From NCBI GenBank assembly GCA_965222115.1, contig CBDCTJ010000007.1, forward strand, positions 1,952,001-2,016,000: a stretch of 64,000 nt of DNA, given 5' to 3'. Within the stretch, counting starts at the first letter, position 1. Each line of letters starts with the position of its first letter. The position numbers and the translations under genes were made by a program. Source of the stretch: Planctomycetota bacterium. Its GTDB lineage: Bacteria > Planctomycetota > PLA2 > JAEUHO01. Below the pieces are notes generated by a model that saw only the letters and a list, made by a program, of their open reading frames with translations, did no database searches and had not been told where the DNA came from. Positions 56,649 through 64,000 of this stretch are shown here, in pieces.

Positions 56649-57953
56649 ATGTCGAAATGCCAACTGCCCCTTTTTGTCGCCATTGGTTTGCTGCTCATCT
56701 TCACGCCGTCCGCATTCGCCAAAGAACCAGCTGACGCACTCGACCAACCCAAACTCACCACCCCCAAACTAAACACCAAGAACTGGCGAGCAACACTCGA
56801 AGCCGTCATCCCCACCAAAAAGGAACTCGCCTGGCTCGACATTGGTTGGAAGCCCACGTTGTGGGATGCGGTCATCGAGGCACACAAGCAGAAGAAGCCG
56901 ATACTCCTGTGGGCGATGAATGGCCATGCCCTGGCATGCACCTGAAACAACGGCGTGATTGGCCGGCAAGTTTGTTGGTCGGATCCCGCGCTGGCGAAGT
57001 TGGCAGAAAAGTTTGTGGCTGCGAGCGATGAAGTGTGGCGCCTCCAGAATCGCAAAGACGTGGACTGCAAGTTCTTTCAGGGCTTCTGTGAGGAGGGACA
57101 CTACGGCGGTCGCACGAGACCAACGGGTACTCGCCAGGGCATCTACTGCTGCACGCCCTCCGGTCGATTCCTGGCATCGGTGAATACAACCGACCCCAAG
57201 CGCATGGCCCGCATGTTGAGCGAGGCGCTTGCCGCGTGGGCGAAGACACCCGAAGGTGACCGCTACCTGAACTACGACCCCGCCACCAAGGCGTCGTCAA
57301 TTGGTCGTGCCGAACAGAACGTACCCAAGGATGGTCTCCTACTGCGTGTGTATTCGCGCGACGTGCCGGCCCGCAAGGCCTCACGCGCGTGGCTTGAACT
57401 TGCCTGGAATGTGGATTCGCTTTGGTACCGGCGAGATGAGATTCGCGAGCTACTACCGAAGAAAATCGTCGTCGGAGCCAAGCAGATTTGGCCCGAAGCG
57501 TTGGCACAGCGGTTGATTCGCACGGGGCTGGTGGACAATGTGCGCGGGCAGACCCTTGCCTACGACGCCAACCACGTTCGGGATGCACAGATCAAATCCG
57601 AGATCACAGCAATCAACGAAGGCGTGGCCACCGTTCGCATATCGGGATCGACCCGAGCTTCTACGACCGAAGCCTGGCCCATTGGCGGGGAAGTCGCGAG
57701 TCTCAAGGGCGCGCGGGAGTTTGACCGCGGTGTGCGCACGACGTTGCTCGGTGAAGCACAGGTTCAATTGGACAAGCGTACGATCACCTCATTGGCGATC
57801 GCAGTCGCGGGAACCCGCTGGGGACGCACACGCTACAACTTTCGCGGTGGTGATGTCGATGAGGCGCCCATCGCCTTCGCAGTGCGTTTGGAACCCGATT
57901 CACCAATCGCGCGCGTTGCCCCCGCACACGTCTGGTCCTACGGCTGGGAGTAA
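56649..57953 (+). CDS. Putative exported selenoprotein (434 aa, Sec at codon 99), SelN/thioredoxin-like
   Basis: Track ORFs 56637-56945 and 56955-57953 are one frame interrupted only by TGA 56943-56945: GHALACT-U-NNGVIGRQVCWSDP. GGAGG RBS, signal peptide, downstream hairpin. Confidence 0.8.
56957..56985 (+). promoter_or_regulatory. Candidate bacterial SECIS element
   Basis: GAT-TGGCCGGCA-AGTT-TGTTGGTCG-GATC stem-loop; the G-containing apical loop begins ~23 nt after the UGA. Confidence 0.65.
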
Positions 57954-58048
57954 CGCGAACACGTTCGACTACTTGCTGCTTTGGATTCTCGACTCCGTGA
58001 GTACCTTGCACCTGCCGTCTTAGGCAGGGCGGTCAAATCGGAGCGGAG

Positions 58049-59110
58049 TTGATCAAGTACATCGGCTCAAAGCGGCGGCTGGTCCCCGTGCTACAGGCGA
58101 TCTGCAAAGGGGTCGGCGCGAGAACCGCGCTCGATCTCTTTACAGGCACAACGCGCGTCGCCCAGGCATTTAAGCGTGCGGGCGCCCATGTGACGGCCGT
58201 CGATGTCGCCACCTACTCCGAGATTCTCGCCAAGTGTTACGTGGCGCTCGATGCCGATTCGATCGATCGGGAGGAGCTCCAACAAGCGTTGGATGAACTC
58301 GCCGCGCTTCCCGCACGACCTGGCTACTTCACCGAGACGTTTTGTGAACGCTCGCGTTTCTTTCAGCCCGAAAATGGTGCCCGCGTGGACGCGATTCGTG
58401 AGCGCATCGAACGGGACTATGTCGATTCGAGGCTCTACCCGGTCCTGCTAACCAGTTTGATGGAGGCGGCCGATCGCGTGGACTCCACCACCGGTGTTCA
58501 GATGGCCTACGTGAAACGTTGGTCCAAACGATCGTTTCAGCCGCTCGAACTTCGTATGCCCGCACTGATTTCGGGTACTGGCGCCGCAGTTCGTATGGAT
58601 GCGCGCGCCTATCTTGACCAGTCTTCGATCGTGGATGTTGCCTATCTGGATCCGCCCTACAACCAGCACCGCTACTACACCAACTATCACATTTGGGAAA
58701 CGTTGGTGCGTTGGGACGCTCCCGAGCACTACGGGGTGGCCTGCAAGCGCATGGACTGTCGTGACGACGACACCAAGAGCGTTTTCAACAAGAAGCGCGA
58801 AATGCCCCTCGCGTTGGAAGACGCCGTCGCCGCTGTACGCGCAAAGCTCGTTGTGCTTTCCTATAACGACGAATCGTGGATCACGCGTGCACGCCTAGAA
58901 CAAGCGATGGCCGTGCATGGTCACGTAGAAACGCTTGAGTTTGATTCCAAACGCTATGTGGGCGCACAGATTGGCATTTACAATCCCGATGGGAAGCGCG
59001 TTGGTCAAATCTCTCATCTGCGTAATACCGAGTACGTGATTCTCGCCGGTGAAGCCGAGGTCGTGGCAGCCGCACGAAATGCGGTTCAGGCTCATCAAGA
59101 TCAGAGCTAA
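58049..59110 (+). CDS. DNA adenine methyltransferase (D12 class, N6)
   Basis: KYIGSK, DLFTGT (motif I), YLDPPYN (motif IV), LSYN. Confidence 0.92.
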   Translation: MIKYIGSKRRLVPVLQAICKGVGARTALDLFTGTTRVAQAFKRAGAHVTAVDVATYSEILAKCYVALDADSIDREELQQALDELAALPARPGYFTETFCERSRFFQPENGARVDAIRERIERDYVDSRLYPVLLTSLMEAADRVDSTTGVQMAYVKRWSKRSFQPLELRMPALISGTGAAVRMDARAYLDQSSIVDVAYLDPPYNQHRYYTNYHIWETLVRWDAPEHYGVACKRMDCRDDDTKSVFNKKREMPLALEDAVAAVRAKLVVLSYNDESWITRARLEQAMAVHGHVETLEFDSKRYVGAQIGIYNPDGKRVGQISHLRNTEYVILAGEAEVVAAARNAVQAHQDQS

Positions 59111-60561
59111 GCGGGTCCTTTGGGCCACGGACCGCGTATGGCAAGCGTCAGTCCTGCCTGGTGAAGATTGAGAAAGAGCGTCGCGCCATCCGGCGAAAAA
59201 CACGCGCCGGAAAACTCGCTTGTATCCAGTCGATTCACCGCAAAGCGATAGGACTCGCCCCTTGGTGTGAGGCCCCAAATCGCGTTGGTGCGTGCCGTGC
59301 CCACGCGCGATCGCGAGCGATCTTCACAAATCAGTAGGTCGCCCCACGGTGCAACGGTGATGTTGTCACACATGGCGGGCGCGTCCACACTGCGGCATTC
59401 GTAGATTAGCCGAAGCAGTCCGGGACGTTTGGATTCAGTCTCGGTGCCCTCATAGGGACTGGGTTCGTAGCGCCATACTTGCCCAAGTCCACGAGTGCCG
59501 CCTTCGGTGCATGCGAAGTAGATGCCGTCGGTACCGATCCAAACGCCCTCTCCGCGTACAAACGGAAACGCGCCTGCTGCGCGTCCTCGCAGGCGAAGAT
59601 CGTTCTTTGGCGCTGTCACATCGCGAAGCGGAATCCAGCGGGTGGGGGCAGCAATGCCCCGCAGCATGGCTCGACGTCGTGTATCGGTGGGGGCGAGCGC
59701 AAGCGCACATAGCTCTCCGCCCCGACGCAGTGCACCTGGGTGGCTAGGCACATAGCGATAGAACAGTCCATCCCGCATGTCTTCGGTCATGAATACGCAT
59801 CCGGATGGTCGATGGACGCCAGCGGCTTCGTGACGAAAGCGACCCATATGCGTAATCGGACTAGCGACTTGAATCCCGGTGTTGGTTGTAGCCTCGACTT
59901 CGAAGACAAATCCGTGCCTCAGTTCATCGTCTGTCGCGTGTGGATCCGTATCTTCTTCACACGTTAGCCATGTTCCCCATGGCGTCACGCCGCCTGCGCA
60001 GTTGCGCGACATACCGCCCATGGCGAGCACTTGGCGTTCGACGTCCAGTGAACGCGGATCCAATACAACTCGCGTGACGCAGCCCTTGGGAATTGAGCCT
60101 CGTGACTCATTGTGGCGTGGTGATCCGTAGGCGCAGCGTGCGTACGATGCCGTCAAGAGATCATTGTCGGGACCCCATGGACCCAGCGAAGGATCGTCGG
60201 AACGAAGCTCGTGGTTGCGCATCAACACAATGTGCCCACGATCGTCCTCGAAGGCGCCCATACCATCGGGTCGCGCGGGTACTAGCAGTCCATCGTTCAT
60301 GACCTCGCCCGTGACCGAGACGACGCGGTACGTAAATTCGCGTGGGAGATCCAAGATCGATTTGGGATCTCGCAGTGGATGGCCGAGTGCGCGTGCGTTG
60401 TGTTCGCTGACACCTACGACGCGCGCGAGGGCACTCAGTCCTCCAAATGCGAGCGACGTGGCCATGGCACGCCGAATCACGCTACGGCGTGTCACAGCAC
60501 AGATTGTGGGTTGTGGTTCTCCGCCCACGACCGTTGAACTACGGACCAAAGGACTAGTCAT
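59107..60561 (-). CDS. phoX: Tat-exported PhoX-family alkaline phosphatase (DUF839)
   Basis: TRRSVI signal, RNHE, NCAGGVTPWGTWLTCEE, GRFRHEA, DNITVAPWGDLLICED, EFSGACFSPDG. Confidence 0.9.
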   Translation of the reverse strand: MTSPLVRSSTVVGGEPQPTICAVTRRSVIRRAMATSLAFGGLSALARVVGVSEHNARALGHPLRDPKSILDLPREFTYRVVSVTGEVMNDGLLVPARPDGMGAFEDDRGHIVLMRNHELRSDDPSLGPWGPDNDLLTASYARCAYGSPRHNESRGSIPKGCVTRVVLDPRSLDVERQVLAMGGMSRNCAGGVTPWGTWLTCEEDTDPHATDDELRHGFVFEVEATTNTGIQVASPITHMGRFRHEAAGVHRPSGCVFMTEDMRDGLFYRYVPSHPGALRRGGELCALALAPTDTRRRAMLRGIAAPTRWIPLRDVTAPKNDLRLRGRAAGAFPFVRGEGVWIGTDGIYFACTEGGTRGLGQVWRYEPSPYEGTETESKRPGLLRLIYECRSVDAPAMCDNITVAPWGDLLICEDRSRSRVGTARTNAIWGLTPRGESYRFAVNRLDTSEFSGACFSPDGATLFLNLHQAGLTLAIRGPWPKGPA

Positions 60562-60754
60562 GTACTCACCTCAGGACACGAAATGTCTCCATCTGAGTAC
60601 ATGACGCACAACTCCTTCGTCGGCCACACCCCCGGGCAGTTTTTTTTGGAAATCGACAGGGCAATTCGATTTCACGTCTCCGTCTACCGAGCGGCTCAAG
60701 TGCGAAGCGACGTCCGGCATGTCGCTGTGCCTTGGCCAAGCAAAGGAGACTCTG

Positions 60755-61654
60755 ATGAATCGTCTACATCACCTTGCCCTTGCCTCGCTCGTTGTCGTGA
60801 GTGCGTTTGCGACCGGCTGTGGAGCCGGAGGCGGCATGGAAGAACCGACAGCTCCCAATGTCGCGCCGGGCACGCCCTCCGACGTGGACTTTCTGCATGT
60901 TGCCAATGGTGGAAACATCATTGGCCACGCAACGGAAATTCAGCACGCCTTACTGAACGGAAATCCAAACGCGATACTCTTGATTACGCAAGTGTGGAAT
61001 CCACCGGGGCTCGCTGGCACCTACAACAATCACGCCATTGGCGTGTGGTACCATCCCATCGCCCAGCGCTGGCGAATCTACAACGAGGACATTGCGGCCA
61101 TGCCTACGGGTGCGTCGTTCAACGTTCGGATTGTGAATACTGACCCTGATGCGTTTCACTGGATTGCGAACCCTGGAAACACCATTGGCAATCGGACGAT
61201 CATTTCGGACCCTGCATACGACGGCGATGCATCACTCATCATGCTGGCCACACACAATTACAATCCACCCGGCGGTGGCGCGGTTTACAACGACCACGCC
61301 ATGGGCATCTACTTCAACGGCGTAGGCCAGTGGTCCATTTTTAATCAAGACTTGGCCGCCATGCCGAACAATGCCGGGTTTAACGTTCTTATGCGCCAGC
61401 CGAGCGGCACCCAGTACGTCCATGAAGCAACTGCTGGCAACATCACCGGCAACTATACGCTCATCAGTCATCCAGATCTTGATGGGCGATGGGGCGCCGT
61501 GTTTCAAGTCACGCAAAATTGGAGGCCCAATGATGTGTATAACGACAAGGTGATCGGCGTGTTCTATCATGAAATCGAACAGCGATGGGCCATCTTCAAC
61601 CAAGACGTAACGAACATGCCTGTGGGTGCGGCGTTCAATATCAGTATTGATTGA
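60755..61654 (+). CDS. Lipoprotein with three tandem ~90 aa repeats
   Basis: AGGAG RBS; lipobox ATGC; three copies of T.NWNP..YN.H.IG.Y..W.IFNQD..MP.GA.FN. Confidence 0.85.
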   Translation: MNRLHHLALASLVVVSAFATGCGAGGGMEEPTAPNVAPGTPSDVDFLHVANGGNIIGHATEIQHALLNGNPNAILLITQVWNPPGLAGTYNNHAIGVWYHPIAQRWRIYNEDIAAMPTGASFNVRIVNTDPDAFHWIANPGNTIGNRTIISDPAYDGDASLIMLATHNYNPPGGGAVYNDHAMGIYFNGVGQWSIFNQDLAAMPNNAGFNVLMRQPSGTQYVHEATAGNITGNYTLISHPDLDGRWGAVFQVTQNWRPNDVYNDKVIGVFYHEIEQRWAIFNQDVTNMPVGAAFNISID

Positions 61655-61686
61655 CCCCATCTAGGCACACGTTCATTCGACCTACA

Positions 61687-61718
61687 TGCGGAGCGCAGCG
61701 ATCATGTTGCGCTCCGCA
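61687..61718 (+). terminator. Strong hairpin, likely terminator after the lipoprotein gene
   Basis: TGCGGAGCGCA...TGCGCTCCGCA perfect 11-bp inverted repeat followed by CTTCTCGTTTT. Confidence 0.6.
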
Positions 61719-61796
61719 CTTCTCGTTTTGGGCGCACTCGTTGGCTCCGCACTCTATGATGTGCGACACAATTTCGTTCGTTATGGCCAAGCGGAG

Positions 61797-64000
61797 ATGG
61801 AATCGCCCGTGTCTCGCCGATCCACCTGGGGAATGCTCCTGCTACTCCTGTCCGCGGGCATCTTTTTGTATGTTCGAGATCACTATGAAACACAGCATGG
61901 GACGCACTCGCCGGGTGCCGACGACGCAAGTAAGTTCGAGGGTACCGGGTTCACTCCCTACGTTGGCACTCGTAGAGTGCTTAGAGAGTCGCCGACGCCT
62001 AGTACAGCGCCTGTTCGTCACATGCCCGTCCAGGGTCGAGTAATTGATGCCGTGTCAGGCGTCGGTATCGCCGATGTTCGTGTTCATCTCATTCAATACC
62101 CTCGTGCCGTTGAACGGGTTCATTCGTCTACGAATCTCAATGGTGAGTTCTCAGTTGACGTTCCGGTATTCGACGACGCAAGCAAAAACGCGTGGATGGT
62201 GATCCCTCAGCACAGTCAGTACTTCGCGTCAATATGGTATGAAACTGACCACACTCAATCTGATCGGCCGCATGCGTCCAACAACAATTCGTTTGGACAC
62301 CTGGTGCTTGACGCCGCAGCAGAGCGCACGGAGCCCTTGGTCGTACGCATGGAGCCCGGTCAGTTGCTACATGGCATCGTATTGGATCCGGATGGCAAAC
62401 CGATTTCAGGCGCACGAATCGAAACAACAGAGTTTCCACCATCTGGTTCGTCTATGACCCGCGTTGCCAAGAGGCACTGGCTTCATATGTTTCCGGAAGT
62501 CCAAACGGATCATCGGGGACGATTCGCCGTTTCGAGGCTACCGCTAGAGCGAGCGTCGATTCACGTGTCTGCCACGCATGATCATTGGGTAGCGCGGTGG
62601 CAAGGACCGATCGATCCCGATCAGCATGAAGAGATTGAGATTACGATGGTGCGACCCGCCTCGCTCGAGATTCACGTCAAAGGAGCCAAAGGAAGCGCGT
62701 TCAACGCCACAGCCAGATCTGCCGGTCGATGGAACACGACAAGTTCACAGCGCAGGACAAGTGTAGCTTCGCCTATTGTCATCAAAGGACTGCCCCCGGG
62801 TTCCGCCGACGTCACGCTAAGCTCGGACGACGATCGCGATCGGGAGTCCAGTGTGGAAGTTTCGGATCTCAAACCCGGGGAACTACGACGTGTCGAGATC
62901 GAAGTGACGCGCGCCCACGTCGTGCGAGGAACTCTCGTTGACTCCAACGGATTCCACTTGAACGATGAGATACTGGAACTGCGCCCACCGAAACGTGAAC
63001 GCGCTATCGATTCCTCCAGGACATGGGACAGTGGCGAGTTTCGGTTTCGAAACGTGGAGACGCCCGGTCCCTTTGAACTATGGCTTGTGACGGGAGACCG
63101 TTCCGAGCGTTTAAGATCTCATGTCTTCGCTGATGGTAAGCGGATCGAGGTTGTGTCGAGCCAGACGCCGTTCGAGACGCTTAAGATTCAAGCGCTGGAT
63201 GAACGCGGCGCCGTATTTCGACGCGCGCATGTCAGCGTGGAGAGTCTTGATGACGCGAGTTGTGACGTCGAACGCGTGGGCGGGGAATCGCTTTTAGGCG
63301 AACATGCGTTTCGCGTGTCTGGGAAAGCGCCGGTGGTTGTCAAGATCTCGCCACCACGCGAGTCAGGCGCAGCGTCGTCTCCCTATTTCCATAAGTGTGT
63401 TTACTTGTCACGCATCCCCCGAGAAGTTGTTGAGATACAGTTGACGAAGTATCCCGAGCTTGTCGGGCAAGTCGTCGATGAGCGCGGCCAGGCGATCGTA
63501 GGCGCCAAACTAACGCTGAAGAATGGCGATGTTGTGTCCATTGATAGTCATGGATGCTTTCGCCATCCACTGGAGAACCACGAGAAACGTGGGTCGCGTG
63601 ATAATTATTTTGTGCGCGCCAAGCTCGTGGTGCCCGCCAATTTCCGGCCGGACCGCGAGCGCTCGCATCTAAGCAGCAGGTCGTTCAATCGGATTCTTGT
63701 GTATCGTCACGGCCGCGAAATTCGAGGTGGTTTGCTCGATGTTGATGGACGGCCGATTGCCCTCAAGAGCGTGCGTATAGACGCGCGCTGGGGCTCGATG
63801 CACGAAGGCATTGCTGTTGGCAAGTTCGCGACTGCGCATACGAATGATGGGGGGCGATTCCGATTCGCGGCGATGCCGGCAGGTTTGGTACAAGTCATTC
63901 TCAGTAAGAACGAACTCGCCGAACACGGCTACGTTTCAAAGAGTGCCTTTCTAAATGCTGGCGATGAAGAGACCAATTTTGTTCTTCGAAAAGGAAGCCG
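61797..64000 (+). CDS. Membrane-anchored protein with tandem carboxypeptidase-regulatory-like (prealbumin-fold) repeats, runs off window
   Basis: Frame open from 61686 to the window end; TM WGMLLLLLSAGIFLYV; repeats GIVLDPDGKPISGARI..TDHRGRF, GQVVDERGQAIVGAKL, DVDGRPI..TNDGGRFRF. Missing from the track (no stop). Confidence 0.85.
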   Translation, partial: MESPVSRRSTWGMLLLLLSAGIFLYVRDHYETQHGTHSPGADDASKFEGTGFTPYVGTRRVLRESPTPSTAPVRHMPVQGRVIDAVSGVGIADVRVHLIQYPRAVERVHSSTNLNGEFSVDVPVFDDASKNAWMVIPQHSQYFASIWYETDHTQSDRPHASNNNSFGHLVLDAAAERTEPLVVRMEPGQLLHGIVLDPDGKPISGARIETTEFPPSGSSMTRVAKRHWLHMFPEVQTDHRGRFAVSRLPLERASIHVSATHDHWVARWQGPIDPDQHEEIEITMVRPASLEIHVKGAKGSAFNATARSAGRWNTTSSQRRTSVASPIVIKGLPPGSADVTLSSDDDRDRESSVEVSDLKPGELRRVEIEVTRAHVVRGTLVDSNGFHLNDEILELRPPKRERAIDSSRTWDSGEFRFRNVETPGPFELWLVTGDRSERLRSHVFADGKRIEVVSSQTPFETLKIQALDERGAVFRRAHVSVESLDDASCDVERVGGESLLGEHAFRVSGKAPVVVKISPPRESGAASSPYFHKCVYLSRIPREVVEIQLTKYPELVGQVVDERGQAIVGAKLTLKNGDVVSIDSHGCFRHPLENHEKRGSRDNYFVRAKLVVPANFRPDRERSHLSSRSFNRILVYRHGREIRGGLLDVDGRPIALKSVRIDARWGSMHEGIAVGKFATAHTNDGGRFRFAAMPAGLVQVILSKNELAEHGYVSKSAFLNAGDEETNFVLRKGS

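Noticed and set aside
61651-62457. Short track ORFs near the right end
   Set aside because: Out-of-frame shadows of the long open frame 61797->64000.

Overview
GC-rich bacterial chromosomal window, probably Planctomycetota (inferred from ECF sigma types, DUF1573, CRTAC1/ASPIC and tandem M14 genes, and a PGN-loop EF-P). It is mostly core envelope and housekeeping DNA: rsbW/rsbU-like pair, glmS, efp, lipid A acyltransferase, oligopeptide ABC genes, murJ-lptD-coaD, sirtuin, uppS and phoX. An accessory island at ~32.3-38.4 kb holds a complete group II intron inserted into a degenerate repeat array, an LRR-like gene and a GmrSD-type nuclease. The strongest hidden signal is a secreted SelN/thioredoxin-like selenoprotein split at an in-frame UGA (CTU motif) with a SECIS-like hairpin (56649-57953). 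Also notable: an ECF/anti-sigma/dead-protease/giant GspK-like pseudopilin cluster, two kinase-fold paralogues with rewired catalytic loops, an inactive+active M14 pair, and three real ORFs missing from the track. No rRNA, tRNA or CRISPR array was recognised. All family assignments come from motif recognition by eye, not from database searches.
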